Below are positions 1 through 10,087 of a stretch of 64,000 nucleotides of DNA, piece after piece. Numbering within the stretch: the stretch's first letter is position 1; each line of letters starts with the position of its first letter. This stretch comes from a virus: the IMG/VR virus record IMGVR_UViG_3300049001_000080, positions 38,446 through 102,445 of that record; one strand, written 5' to 3'. A program made the position numbers and the translations under genes. A model generated the notes under the pieces. That model made no database searches. It was not told the origin of the DNA and worked only from the letters and a program-made list of their open reading frames with translations.

Positions 1-1989
1 GCCGGAGTACAGCGCCTCGGTGGCCGTGTGCCTCGTGGTGTCCGGCAGCCCGTGCAGCGCCCCGACGGCGTCCGCGTACCGGCTCACGTCGGCCAGCGCC
101 AGCGCGGTCGGCAGCCCGCCGACGTCCTGCGGGGTGGACGCGCCCGAGGTCATCTGGGAGAACCTGGCGACCGTGTCGGTGGTGAAGACGCTGACCTGCC
201 TGCGTACCGGCACCAGGCTCTCGTACGGCTCCATGGACAGGCCGGTGAACTCGAACTTCCAGAACCGGGCCCTGGTCGGCGGGAGGTGCAGGTACCCCCG
301 ACGCAGCACGTAGTCGCGCGCCACCGGGGTCCAGGCCATGTCGGCGTAGCAGTCGCACGGGCCGCCGAACAGCCCGACGGGCGACGTCTGCGGGTCCGAC
401 CGCCAGGGCTCCATCCGCAGCACCGAGTCGTCCGTGGTGCCGGAGTCGTCGGCGGCGAGCGGGGCCCGGCGCACGTACGCCTGCGGGTCCGCCATGAAGA
501 CGCCCAGGTCCGCCGCGGAGGCTGCCACCGCCTTGAGGACGAGCGCCCGCACCGAGATGCCGGAGACGCCGGGGTCGCCGTCGTCCGGGTAGCCGCCGAT
601 CCTGATGACGCCCGGCCGCGTCGTGTCCGGGCGGGCGGCCGTCGTGACCTGCACCGGCTGGAGGTCGCCGAGCTGGTAGGTCAGCGTCACGCCGGCCGGG
701 AAGTCGTCGGTGTCCCGCGGGGTGTACCCGACCATCACACGCCAGCGCGCGCCGCGCAGGTGCAGCGGGTCGAGCGGCACCTGCGTCACGACGCCGCCGG
801 CCGTGGTGAACTGGACGGCGCCGGGCACCAGCCTCAGCGTGGCGTCGCCCAGCGAGAGGATCGGGTGGTCGGTGTCGGCGCCCACGCCGACGTAGCCGTC
901 CGCGGAGTACCAGGGGGTCTCCAGGTCCAGCGCGACCCACCACGGCCCGGCGGTGTCGAGCTGGACGAAGGCGTTGTCGACGTCCACGTAGGACGGCGTC
1001 GTGTGCCCGAAGGCGACGGCCTCGGCGCTGGTGCGCTGCGGCGGCTGCTGCGGGCTCGGGCTCTCGCCGTGCTGCTGGACGATCGGGTACCCCAGCGGCT
1101 GGTCGCGGGCCGGGTAGGAGCCGGCCGGCTCGTCGTCGCTGTAGTAGAGGTTGCAGTGCACCCCGACGGTGGTCGGGTCGACGAACCAGCGGTCCACCAC
1201 CTGCCCCTGGCCGTCCGCGTCGCGCAGGTCCGCGTAGTAGCACACCACCGCGTACCCGACCGGCTGCGGGTCGCAGCGCCACGCCCGCCCCGGCGCCGGG
1301 TCGATCGCGTACCGCGGCGAGTCCTCCTGGATCGAGTAGACGACGCGCGACCCGAGCAGGTCGGTCGAGCTGGCGAAGTCGTCCTCGTAGGTGGTGACGT
1401 CCCCGTACCGCGGCGCGTCGGCGCGCGAGTTGATGCGGTACCCGACCTGGAGGGTGCGCGCCCCCAGCGAGTAGGCGGCCGGCGCGCCGAACGGGTCGAG
1501 GGGCGCCCCGGTGCTGCCGGCGCGCTGGAGCACGAGCCGGACGGTCCGGGCCACCACCGGCAGCACGCGCCAGGAGGTGGGCAGCCAGTGGCCCGGCCCG
1601 TGGTGCTGCGCGTGCTCGCCCGGTCGCGTGCTCGCCCGGTCGACGCGCTGCGGTGTGGAGTCGCCCACCGACCGGACGGCGTCGACGCCGCGCTCCACCT
1701 CGAAGGCGACCCACGCCCCCGTGCTCTCGTCCTGGTGCTCCACCCAGGCGTCGTGGGGGAAGTGCGCCAGCTCCAGCGAGAGGTAGTTGACCAGGCGGGC
1801 CTCGCCGAGCCGGACCTGGAGCACCTCCTGCACCTGGCTCGACTGCGGCCGGGCGGGGGTGGACCAGTACCGGTCGGTGCTGTCGCGGGACGTGCCCAGC
1901 GCGCTCGGCTCCCCGAGCCCGGCCGCCTGCGCCTGCGCGGCGACGACCGACGCGACGGGCAGCCGGTCCACGAACAGGGGCGAGGTCAC
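1..1989 (-). CDS. Large minor tail/baseplate protein (3' end runs off window)
   Basis: GTG at 1989 overlaps the TGA of the upstream gene; frame (MTSPLFVDRLPVAS...RARFWKFEFTGL) is open to the window edge; follows baseplate genes. Not in the ORF track because there is no stop in the window. Confidence 0.75.
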   Translation of the reverse strand, partial: MTSPLFVDRLPVASVVAAQAQAAGLGEPSALGTSRDSTDRYWSTPARPQSSQVQEVLQVRLGEARLVNYLSLELAHFPHDAWVEHQDESTGAWVAFEVERGVDAVRSVGDSTPQRVDRASTRPGEHAQHHGPGHWLPTSWRVLPVVARTVRLVLQRAGSTGAPLDPFGAPAAYSLGARTLQVGYRINSRADAPRYGDVTTYEDDFASSTDLLGSRVVYSIQEDSPRYAIDPAPGRAWRCDPQPVGYAVVCYYADLRDADGQGQVVDRWFVDPTTVGVHCNLYYSDDEPAGSYPARDQPLGYPIVQQHGESPSPQQPPQRTSAEAVAFGHTTPSYVDVDNAFVQLDTAGPWWVALDLETPWYSADGYVGVGADTDHPILSLGDATLRLVPGAVQFTTAGGVVTQVPLDPLHLRGARWRVMVGYTPRDTDDFPAGVTLTYQLGDLQPVQVTTAARPDTTRPGVIRIGGYPDDGDPGVSGISVRALVLKAVAASAADLGVFMADPQAYVRRAPLAADDSGTTDDSVLRMEPWRSDPQTSPVGLFGGPCDCYADMAWTPVARDYVLRRGYLHLPPTRARFWKFEFTGLSMEPYESLVPVRRQVSVFTTDTVARFSQMTSGASTPQDVGGLPTALALADVSRYADAVGALHGLPDTTRHTATEALYSG

Positions 1990-3257
1990 CGGTCCGCCCC
2001 CGGTCGCGCCCCGGCGTAGGGCGCGGACACCATCACGGCGTCGGAGACCGCGCGCCCGCGCATGATGGCCTCGGGGTCGGCGATGGCCCGGTCCGGGGTG
2101 AGGTCGACCGGGCGCCCGTCCGCCGCGGTGACCCGCTCGTAGTCGACGGCCGAGATGACCGCGCCCTGGGTGGACTGAGTGTACGCGGTGACCGACTGGA
2201 TGTCGGAGTTGTAGGACCACGCCTCGCCCTGGTAGGCCGTGAACGCCGGGCGCGCCCGGTCGACGGGCGTGGCGGAGGCCTGCGGGTAGTACGCCGCCAG
2301 CGACGGCCTCGGCACCACCCGGGTCCGGACCTCCCAGTACGTGGAGCTGGCCGACGCGTCGCGGATGTGGGCCGGCGAGTGGACCGCCACCCCCTGGGCG
2401 TCGACGGTGAGCAGCGCGCCGGCCGGCTTGAGCCGGTCCAGCACGCGGGTCAGCCGGTACGCCTCCTCCAGCGTCATCGACCGCAGCGGACGGACCACGA
2501 ACTCGGCCCGGTTGGACGTGGTGGTCCGACCGAATGACCCGGTGCCGCCCTCGACGTCGGCGTAGGTGCCGCCGTCCATCGCCCCGTAGGTGACGAAGTG
2601 GGTCTCCACCTCGCCGTAGGTCCGCCCCGCCACCGCCGGTGGGGCGCCGCCAGGGTTGCCGCCGCCGTTCTCGTCGACCAGCGCCCAGGTCTCGTAGACG
2701 CGGCAGTCGACGCTCAGCAGCGCGCGGGCCACCGCGGCCATGCCGGCCGGCGTGCCCGCCATCGGGATGGCGCGCGAGAACTCGCTCACCCGCGACCGGT
2801 AGGCGGCGTCCCTCGCGTCCAGCTCGGCCCACTGCTCGGAGGTCGCGGCCTCGGTGTAGGGCGACAGGTCGAGCCGCTCGCCGGACAGGCGGGGGAAGCC
2901 CAGCAGCGCGCCGTAAAGGCGGTCCAGGTCCAGGTACCTCGTCGTGCTGACGACCGACCCCATGTGCGCGACCAGGTAGCGGCGCCGGAGCTGGCCGGCG
3001 CCGGAGTCGCCGAGCACGGCCTTGAGCAGCCGCGAGAGGTGCGACTCCGGCCGCGTGTCGTAGAGGTCGGGGAACAGGTGCGCGAGCTGCTCGGCCGAGG
3101 GCCGCGCCGGCAGCAGCGGGTCGGTGGTCGTGTCCAGCCGGGTCGAGCGCGGCGCGCCGCTGGTGGGCGCCTGGAGGGCCAGCAGCACGGCGTCCTGGAG
3201 GTACCGCCCGCCCGCGCCCTGGTCGAGCGCGGCCGGGTCGCCGTCGAGGGAGGCCAT
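1986..3257 (-). CDS. Baseplate wedge protein (P2 gpI-like)
   Basis: ATG at 3257 overlaps baseplate J stop; MASLDGDP...; GTPAGM and LDRLKPAG motifs; directly downstream of baseplate J. Confidence 0.65.
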   Translation of the reverse strand: MASLDGDPAALDQGAGGRYLQDAVLLALQAPTSGAPRSTRLDTTTDPLLPARPSAEQLAHLFPDLYDTRPESHLSRLLKAVLGDSGAGQLRRRYLVAHMGSVVSTTRYLDLDRLYGALLGFPRLSGERLDLSPYTEAATSEQWAELDARDAAYRSRVSEFSRAIPMAGTPAGMAAVARALLSVDCRVYETWALVDENGGGNPGGAPPAVAGRTYGEVETHFVTYGAMDGGTYADVEGGTGSFGRTTTSNRAEFVVRPLRSMTLEEAYRLTRVLDRLKPAGALLTVDAQGVAVHSPAHIRDASASSTYWEVRTRVVPRPSLAAYYPQASATPVDRARPAFTAYQGEAWSYNSDIQSVTAYTQSTQGAVISAVDYERVTAADGRPVDLTPDRAIADPEAIMRGRAVSDAVMVSAPYAGARPGADR

Positions 3258-6034
3258 CAGGACACGCCGAACGAGTTGGCGGCCTTGGCCACGTAGTTGA
3301 TCGAGTAGAGCGCGGGCACCTCGTTGTCGCCGAGCTGCACGTCCGCGGCCCGGGCCGGCGAGGACCCGGCGGTGATGAAGGAGATGCGGGTCCCGGCCGC
3401 GTCCACCCGCTCGATGGCGTAGGCGCCGCCGGTGGTCGGCTCGGCGCTGGTGAGGAGCCGGATGTTGTCCACGCCCGTCACCTCGTGCGCGACCTGGATG
3501 ACGTCGGACACCTGCACGGGCGAGCCGAAGTCCTTCGCCGCGAGGAAGACGGCCAGGGAGGCCTGGAGCGCGGTGGCCACCTGGGCCGGGTCGTAGCCGG
3601 GGACGAACATGATCGCGAAGTTCAGCCGCAGTAGCACGCGCTTGGCGGCGTGGGCCCGCACGTCGGTCGCGACCAGTCGCCACCGCTCGACCCGCTCCTG
3701 GACGTCGCGTGGGATGGCGTTGTAGGAGTACTGGAGCGACGCGGCGGCGTTGTTCGCCGGGTGGTGGGCGGCCAGCCACTCCAGCCCGAACAGCGACCGC
3801 GGGCTGTACCCGTACGCCGTGTCGTCGTGGACGACCCAGTAGTCGGTGCCCTTGACGTAGGTGTTCCCGCCGATGATCAGCGGGGAGGGGAAGACGTCGA
3901 TCGGGCCGAACGCGAGCTGCATGAAGATGTTGGCCGCGGTCGGGTGCGTGGAGACGGTGCCCTGGCGGACGAACTTGCCGGTGAACAGCGCGTCGGTCGA
4001 GCCCGACGTGAACACCCGGGCGGTCCGCATGTACGTCGTCTCGCTGGCGTCGACCGGCCGGTCCCCGTCCACCCAGACGTCCACCCGGTTGGTGATCCCG
4101 GCGGCCGGGTCGTTCCTGCTGGCCGAGCTGTTGTACTCGAAGTCGAGGTCGTAGATCGCCCCGTCGGTCAGGCCCACGCCGATCGTGTGCACCTCGGGCG
4201 GGATCACGGTGGCGTCGAACGAGTTACCTGTGAAGTAGGTCCGACCGCCTCGGCGAGCCAGGAAGGTGCCGTTCCGAGTGGTGGGACACCAGATCGGTCC
4301 TGCGTAATGACGCAGGCTCTTCTTCATGGGGGCGACGCTTACGTGGCGTACCTTTTTAATGTTGACGTGATGCATCTGTACGCGGCCAAATGGAGTGTCA
4401 AGGACCTTACGGCCTTGGCGTGTCGGGAGGCCAACTAGTGCGCAAAGTGCCTGGAATACATCTGCCTGATCGGCACTCGCAGTGCAGAAATACCGAGTAC
4501 CCGTGCCTGCCCCTCTGACCCCTCCTCCTTGCATTCCCCCGTCACCCTTGATCAAGGTGTCGATCAACATCTCGCGCTGATGGACAGGTAGGACTGAGAT
4601 CAGCTCGTAGGTCAGCTTCTTGTCGGGCAAGGCTGATCGGACTTGCCGGGCTAGTTCACGTGAAAAGGCAAAGATCGTGATGTCGTCGTCGATGTAGGTC
4701 TGATACGGATGCCCCAGCCTCTTGAGGAGGAGTCGGATCTCCTCCACCTTCTCAGGATTGGCGAGGTGACTCTGTCCGATTTTGACTCGAAGCTTCCTTG
4801 GCTGCGAGTCGAAGGAGCCGTCGCTAGCGACCCACCCCAGTAGTCGTACAAAATCATCGGTATAAATAGATTCGATGGACTCTTCGAGGGGAGCCGTAAC
4901 CACGATGCCGTCCGACGGCCGCAAGTCATGAGTCTCTCGTAGTATGGCGGGCTGGCTCGTGCGAATCCGGTGAGCGTTTGTGACCGGCCAACGGTGGTTC
5001 GTCGTCACCAAGGCCGAGATGGACCTCCCCTCCATCGATACGAGGGGCTCGTCTACTTCCGCTCGGTAAAGATCTGTCACCGGCGTCCATTCAGCGACGC
5101 CGCGATCCAGATTCAAGGAGAGAATCTCATCGCCGATCTGGATCTGTCGATGGTCTACCCAGCCACTGTGTGACAGGGCCTGCGTGTTTTTGTCCACGCA
5201 GTAATGTACCCCCAGGGTTAGGATCTGGCCGGCATCGAGGTCGGCGCCCAGGGCCGGGTTGTCGGCGTAGATGTAGGTCGCGCTGGTGGCGGGGATGGAG
5301 CTGGTCGCGTCGCCGGACCCGTCGATCTGGACCTGCTCGCGCCAGTGCGAGGAGGAGCCGATCACCCTGGCCCGGGTGGCCACCCCGTCGTCGGTGGTGT
5401 CGGGGGTGCTGTCCTCCAGCGAGAGGCCCAGGAACATGTCCTCGGTGCCGGCCAGGCTGCGGAACACCGTCCGCTTGAACCGGTCGATGAGCGCGAGGTC
5501 GTCCTCGGAGCTGGTGCCGCCGGTCGTGGGCGAGGAGTTGGTCACGCTGGCGACCCCGCTGGCCGGCGAGGCGAGCCTGACCAGGGTGTTGGCCGCGAGG
5601 TTCCCGGACTGGCCCCCGACGATCGCCTGCACCGGGACGTCCACGCTCGACACCCCGCGCTGGAGGATCGCGGGAGAGACGGTCGCGAACACAGCGGGGA
5701 CCGAGGTGGCCGTGGTGACCTGGGTGCCGGCGGCGATCGGGTAGTCCTGGTCGGCCGGCGTCGGGCGGGCGAACGTGACGACCCCGGTGCCGCGCTGCGC
5801 GGCGAACCTGGTGAAGCCGAACACGGCCACGAAGTCGTCGAGGTCGGCGCCGCGCTTGGAGTCGATGTCGAGCTGGTAGTTCAGCAGGTGCTGGTCGACG
5901 TACGCGGCGGCCACCGACTCGGCCACCACGTCGAGGATCTTGCGCACCGGCGTGCCGACCGAGGTGTCCAGCTCGGGCTCGGAGACGGCCAGGGCCGCGA
6001 CCATCTGGGCGGCGACGTCGGCGGCGCTGGCCAT
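3257..6034 (-). CDS. Baseplate J-like protein containing an intein
   Basis: GADLDDFVAVFGFTRFAA, GTVVTF-like segment, VQAIVGGQSGNLAA, TTGGTSSEDD are baseplate J features; residues 279-604 are an intein. Confidence 0.9.
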   Translation of the reverse strand: MASAADVAAQMVAALAVSEPELDTSVGTPVRKILDVVAESVAAAYVDQHLLNYQLDIDSKRGADLDDFVAVFGFTRFAAQRGTGVVTFARPTPADQDYPIAAGTQVTTATSVPAVFATVSPAILQRGVSSVDVPVQAIVGGQSGNLAANTLVRLASPASGVASVTNSSPTTGGTSSEDDLALIDRFKRTVFRSLAGTEDMFLGLSLEDSTPDTTDDGVATRARVIGSSSHWREQVQIDGSGDATSSIPATSATYIYADNPALGADLDAGQILTLGVHYCVDKNTQALSHSGWVDHRQIQIGDEILSLNLDRGVAEWTPVTDLYRAEVDEPLVSMEGRSISALVTTNHRWPVTNAHRIRTSQPAILRETHDLRPSDGIVVTAPLEESIESIYTDDFVRLLGWVASDGSFDSQPRKLRVKIGQSHLANPEKVEEIRLLLKRLGHPYQTYIDDDITIFAFSRELARQVRSALPDKKLTYELISVLPVHQREMLIDTLIKGDGGMQGGGVRGAGTGTRYFCTASADQADVFQALCALVGLPTRQGRKVLDTPFGRVQMHHVNIKKVRHVSVAPMKKSLRHYAGPIWCPTTRNGTFLARRGGRTYFTGNSFDATVIPPEVHTIGVGLTDGAIYDLDFEYNSSASRNDPAAGITNRVDVWVDGDRPVDASETTYMRTARVFTSGSTDALFTGKFVRQGTVSTHPTAANIFMQLAFGPIDVFPSPLIIGGNTYVKGTDYWVVHDDTAYGYSPRSLFGLEWLAAHHPANNAAASLQYSYNAIPRDVQERVERWRLVATDVRAHAAKRVLLRLNFAIMFVPGYDPAQVATALQASLAVFLAAKDFGSPVQVSDVIQVAHEVTGVDNIRLLTSAEPTTGGAYAIERVDAAGTRISFITAGSSPARAADVQLGDNEVPALYSINYVAKAANSFGVS
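4223..5200 (-). mobile_element. Intein (326 aa) with LAGLIDADG homing endonuclease
   Basis: Starts CVDKNTQALSHSGW; block B TTNHRWP; LAGLIDADG-like LLGWVASDG and IDTLIKGDG; ends WCPTTRNGTFLARRGGRTYFTGN followed by Ser; visibly lower GC than flanks. Confidence 0.93.
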
Positions 6035-6462
6035 CAGCCGCCGGTCCGGGAGGTGAGGGCGACCTGCTGGCCGTCGACCGTGCGCAGCAGGATGGAGACC
6101 TGGACGGTGTCGAAGGTGGCGACCACCTGGACGTCCTGCACCTCGGCCACCACGTCGGCGGTCTGGTAGCGGCTGCGGGTGGCGGTGAGGGTGTCGCGCT
6201 GGATCTTGTCGCGCTGCACCGCGACGTAGTTGGTGATGACCCGCTGCGCCTCCTGCTCGACCGCGAACCGCGTCGCCTCGTCCAGCGGCACGCCCACCAT
6301 GTCGAGCAGCCGGGACCCCCAGCCGGGGTGGAACCGGTCGTTGCCCAGCGGCTCGCCCAGCGCCATCCGCAGGTCCTGGGCGACCTTGGGCGCGCCGTCC
6401 AGCATCGCGTACGAGGCGCCCGCCAGCGCCAGGTCACCGTCCACCACGGCCAGCGTCCGCAC
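6034..6462 (-). CDS. Baseplate gp25/gpW-like protein
   Basis: GTG start MRTLAVVDGDL...KVAQDL...DRFHPGWGSRL; upstream of baseplate J. Confidence 0.8.
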   Translation of the reverse strand: MRTLAVVDGDLALAGASYAMLDGAPKVAQDLRMALGEPLGNDRFHPGWGSRLLDMVGVPLDEATRFAVEQEAQRVITNYVAVQRDKIQRDTLTATRSRYQTADVVAEVQDVQVVATFDTVQVSILLRTVDGQQVALTSRTGG

Positions 6463-6473
6463 CCCGCCCACCT

Positions 6474-6510
6474 CCACCTCTTCCGGCGCCCGGCGCGGGG
6501 CCGGGACCGG
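6474..6510 (-). promoter_or_regulatory. Putative late promoter motif (variant CCGGT-N23-AAGAGGTGG)
   Basis: One of ten copies of a fixed-spacing bipartite motif upstream of virion genes. Confidence 0.5.
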
Positions 6511-6511
6511 G

Positions 6512-6847
6512 CTACGTCGTGCCGTCCTCGACCAGCCCGAGGGCCACCAGGGCGTCCAGCACGGACAGCGTGACGGCGTCCGCGCCCGCCCTGGCCCCCG
6601 ACACCACCGGCGGCCGTGGGGCGTCAATCATCGCTGACAGCACCCAGGTGTCGCCGGTCATCCTGGACACCACCCACAGCTCGTCGACGGCCGGCGGCGG
6701 GTTCCCCTTGGGGCGGGTCGAGTAGCGGACGACCCGCTCGCGCCCGAGCGTGTCCCGCACGATGCAGGTCCCGTCCTCCAACACCGAGGTGACCCGGGCA
6801 CGGGTCGTCTCCAGGCCGGCGGGCGGGCGTCGCGGGTCGAGCGTCAC
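6512..6847 (-). CDS. Small baseplate protein (possible spike/OB-fold)
   Basis: GTG overlapping hub stop; MTLDPRRP...ARVTSV...PAVDELWVV; position after hub. Confidence 0.55.
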   Translation of the reverse strand: MTLDPRRPPAGLETTRARVTSVLEDGTCIVRDTLGRERVVRYSTRPKGNPPPAVDELWVVSRMTGDTWVLSAMIDAPRPPVVSGARAGADAVTLSVLDALVALGLVEDGTT

Positions 6848-9252
6848 AGCGCCGCCCCCCGGGGGAGGCCCTTGATGCCGTCGCGCGGGCCGATCGTGGA
6901 CCAGCCGATCACCCTGGCCGTGGTGGCGAAGCCGCCGCCGGTCCGGAGGTCGAAGGTGTGCTCGACCTCCTGGACGTACCCCTGGATGCCGTAGGTCGGC
7001 AGCACCACGAGCATGCCGGGGTACAGCTCGGGCATGAAGGTCAGCGGCAGCGACGCGCTGTACTGCGAGGCCCAGTTGAGCATGAACCGGCTCACGGCGA
7101 AGAAGAACTCCTGCCGCGGGCCGGTGATGTCGTCCATCGGCTCCCAGACCGGCCGCGCGCCGTATCGGCGCAGGAACGCCTTGCCGTTCTCGCGGAACTC
7201 GGCCCGGTCGACCTTGAACAACGCGCGCATCAGCGGCGCGAACTCCACGCTCGCGATGCCGGCGGTCGAGTACTGCTGGTAGATCGCGGTGGAGTCGCCC
7301 AGCCCCTCGACGCCGGTCGTCGAGGACGTCACGAACCAGTGCGTCTTGAGGTTGGCGTCGCCCTTGGCGACCGAGAAGCCCTGCTGGATCTCGATCGGCT
7401 GGATCACCATCTTGGCCGCGGTGCCCCACCAGCCGAAGTAGTCCGGGAACCAGGCGATGAAGTCGCCGTTGGGCGCCGAGCAGTAGCTACGCAACCCGGC
7501 GGCCATCAGCGCGGCGACCGTCTCCATGATCGGCTTGTCGTTCATCAGCGCGCGGATGCCGCCGAGCAGGTCGCCGCCGAAGTCGGCGCTGCCGATCCAC
7601 TGGAAGACGTTGAACAGCGACGCGCCCAGGCTCGGGCTCGACCCACCTGAGCCGGAGGCCGACGTCGGGTCGCCACCCGCACCCGTGCCCGCAGTGCCGG
7701 CGTAGTCGAGGTCCGGCACCAGCCCGGCGTGTGTCCAGTGGTTGGAGGCGAACGCGAAGATCCCGCACCCGTCCTGGGTGCCGCGCGCCTCCGCAGTGGT
7801 GCCGTTGCCCATCGAGACGCCGACGTGGTGGATGGCGCGCGGGTCGCCGTTGTCGGTGACGAAGACCAGGGCGCCCTTGGTGGTCTGCGCCTGCGAGACG
7901 GGGATGGGGCGGCACGCCGCGTACTGGTACTTCGCGCCGTCGACGAACGCGCCCGCCCCGATCCTGCTATGTGCCCATTTGACTAGCTCACTACAGTCCA
8001 AGGCGTCGGGGTCCGGGTCGGCGGCGGAGGCGGTGGCGCCGAAGAGGTACGGGTGCCCGAGCCGGCACCAGGCCGCCGCGACGTCGGCGAGAGAGGCCGC
8101 CGAGCGCTGGTTGGCCAGCGCGGCCCCCAGGCCGGTCGCCAGCGAGGCCCCGGAGGTGGAGCCACCAGAGGTGACCAGCGAGCCGGTGGCGGTGTCCACG
8201 GGCCCCACGGGCATGCCGGAGGGCGCGAAGGCGACGCTCACCTGCCCGCCGCCGGCCGGCAGCCCGAGCGCCTTGAGCGCGGCCGGGCTGGTGTCGGCGA
8301 TGTGCGCGGTCGAGGCGTCGTAGTCGACCGGCCCCCAGCCGAGGCCGGCGAGGCAGACCGCCTTGTTCGTCTTGGGGTTGACGATCAGCATCCGCCGGCC
8401 GGTCCACCACGCCCGCGCCCGGCCCTGGTCCACCCCCGGCACGGGGGAGAGCTGCTGGTCGCCCGGGAACCGGTGCTGGCGGCTCAGGTAGGGCCAGCGC
8501 ATGGCGACGTAGTACGGGCTCGCCCCGGGGTTGGCCGAGCGCGCGTCGAGGTGGTCGACCCGCGGGCTGTAGGCGCCGATGGTCCCCGAGATGTCCGGCA
8601 GCGCGCCGGTGCCCGGGCCGTCCCCGGCGATGAGCTGGGTGCCGCGCTCGACCGGCGAGATGCCGGACACGTAGCCGTGGCTGCCGACGTGCGCGACGAG
8701 CTGGAGCTTGGTGGCCTCGCCGATCAGGTCCCGCGCGACGCCGGCCACCACGGTGAACCAGTCGTCGGGGATCGCGCCGATGTGGACCTGGGCCCTCGGC
8801 CAGCCGGCGACCTCGGTCAGCAGCCGGAGCGCTCGCTTGGCCAGCCCGCCGTCGGTGATGTCCGCGCGGTTGGCGACGTCGCCGAGGTAGAGCATCTGGT
8901 AGGCGGCCTCGGTGCTCGGGTCCCACTGCCAGTACTGGAGCCGCTTGAGGGTGCAGCTCGCCGTGAGCACGACGGCGCCCGGCACCGAGGAGAACGCCGG
9001 CACCGAGTCCAGGTAGCCGGTGAGGCACAGCAGCCGCTTGATCCTGGTCAGGTAGATCACGATCCGGTCCATCGTGTCGAACAGGCCGTCGTACTTGCGG
9101 CCGGTGTTCTGGAGCGTCAGCGTGGCCGAGGAGACCCCGTCGACGACACGGGTCGCACCGCCCATCGTGATGTCGTCGCTGACGTCATAGATCTTGCCGT
9201 CGGACGCGGCGATGTGCGCCTCTACCCTCGGCGAGTAAACGAACGTTGACAC
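6844..9252 (-). CDS. Baseplate hub protein with NlpC/P60 peptidase and RlpA/DPBB-like domain
   Basis: NlpC/P60 motifs PYLFGA...DCSELV...HHVGV...EARG; DPBB-like IVNPKTNKAV...GWGP...ADTSPAAL; hub-like termini. Confidence 0.8.
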   Translation of the reverse strand: MSTFVYSPRVEAHIAASDGKIYDVSDDITMGGATRVVDGVSSATLTLQNTGRKYDGLFDTMDRIVIYLTRIKRLLCLTGYLDSVPAFSSVPGAVVLTASCTLKRLQYWQWDPSTEAAYQMLYLGDVANRADITDGGLAKRALRLLTEVAGWPRAQVHIGAIPDDWFTVVAGVARDLIGEATKLQLVAHVGSHGYVSGISPVERGTQLIAGDGPGTGALPDISGTIGAYSPRVDHLDARSANPGASPYYVAMRWPYLSRQHRFPGDQQLSPVPGVDQGRARAWWTGRRMLIVNPKTNKAVCLAGLGWGPVDYDASTAHIADTSPAALKALGLPAGGGQVSVAFAPSGMPVGPVDTATGSLVTSGGSTSGASLATGLGAALANQRSAASLADVAAAWCRLGHPYLFGATASAADPDPDALDCSELVKWAHSRIGAGAFVDGAKYQYAACRPIPVSQAQTTKGALVFVTDNGDPRAIHHVGVSMGNGTTAEARGTQDGCGIFAFASNHWTHAGLVPDLDYAGTAGTGAGGDPTSASGSGGSSPSLGASLFNVFQWIGSADFGGDLLGGIRALMNDKPIMETVAALMAAGLRSYCSAPNGDFIAWFPDYFGWWGTAAKMVIQPIEIQQGFSVAKGDANLKTHWFVTSSTTGVEGLGDSTAIYQQYSTAGIASVEFAPLMRALFKVDRAEFRENGKAFLRRYGARPVWEPMDDITGPRQEFFFAVSRFMLNWASQYSASLPLTFMPELYPGMLVVLPTYGIQGYVQEVEHTFDLRTGGGFATTARVIGWSTIGPRDGIKGLPRGAAL

Positions 9253-9255
9253 CGG

Positions 9256-9885
9256 CTACCTCGGGACGTCGCGGCCCGGGCGGGCCGGCTGCTCGTAGGG
9301 CGGCACCTCGGTGACGTCCGGAACCGCGCCGGCCGGGGTCGGGTCGTAGAAGGTGCCCTCCAGGCTCTCCGCGCCGGCCCGCTGGGTGCCGGACGGGTAG
9401 AAGTACGGCGCGTCGGCCAGGTCCTTGCTCGCCGGCCGGTAGTACGAGACGCCGACCCCCGGCACCGGGTCCTGCGCGCCCTCGAAGCCGAGGTCGACGT
9501 GGTAGGCCAGGTCTCCCACCGAGGCGCCGTACACCAGCGGGCCGACGAGGACGCCGTAGCGGGCGAAGCGTCGGTCGGGCACCTCGACGTAGGCGTACCC
9601 GCTCGTGCCGCGCGCCGCCGTGGCCCGCGCCATGTACTCGGTCGCCCAGGCGTTGAACGCCTCGCGCAGCGACCAGGAGGCGAAGACCGCGGAGACGACG
9701 AAGCTGGGCGAGGCCCGGTACATCGGGTAGAGCGACCGGGAGCGGGCCGCCTCGTCGTCGCGGGCGCTGACCTCGACGCCGTACGACAGCCGGGTGCACA
9801 TGAGGACCCGGGACCCGTAGCCGCGGACGCTGAGCCGGCAGTTGTAGCCGACCGCCGCCCCCGGGAACGTCGCGGCCTCAGCCAT
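9256..9885 (-). CDS. Tail/baseplate protein
   Basis: 209 aa ORF with GC-rich third codon positions inside the tail operon. Confidence 0.6.
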   Translation of the reverse strand: MAEAATFPGAAVGYNCRLSVRGYGSRVLMCTRLSYGVEVSARDDEAARSRSLYPMYRASPSFVVSAVFASWSLREAFNAWATEYMARATAARGTSGYAYVEVPDRRFARYGVLVGPLVYGASVGDLAYHVDLGFEGAQDPVPGVGVSYYRPASKDLADAPYFYPSGTQRAGAESLEGTFYDPTPAGAVPDVTEVPPYEQPARPGRDVPR

Positions 9886-10087
9886 CGAGGCCCCCGGGCG
9901 GTCCGTAGCCGCGGCTGAGCAGCTCCTCGCGGTCGACCTCGGTCAGGTCGTGCACCAGCCCAGTCGCGATGAACGCCAGCCCGCCCAGGTCGGCCTTGGC
10001 CCCGGGGTCCGCGTCGATGGGCTGCGGCATGGAGATCGGCACGTCGGCGCCCCACTGGTCCTCGCTCGATCGCCCTGGCGCCGTCAT
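9878..10087 (-). CDS. Small hypothetical protein (69 aa)
   Basis: ATG overlaps upstream stop; MTAPGRSSEDQWG...; fills the gap between tail genes. Confidence 0.55.
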   Translation of the reverse strand: MTAPGRSSEDQWGADVPISMPQPIDADPGAKADLGGLAFIATGLVHDLTEVDREELLSRGYGPPGGLDG

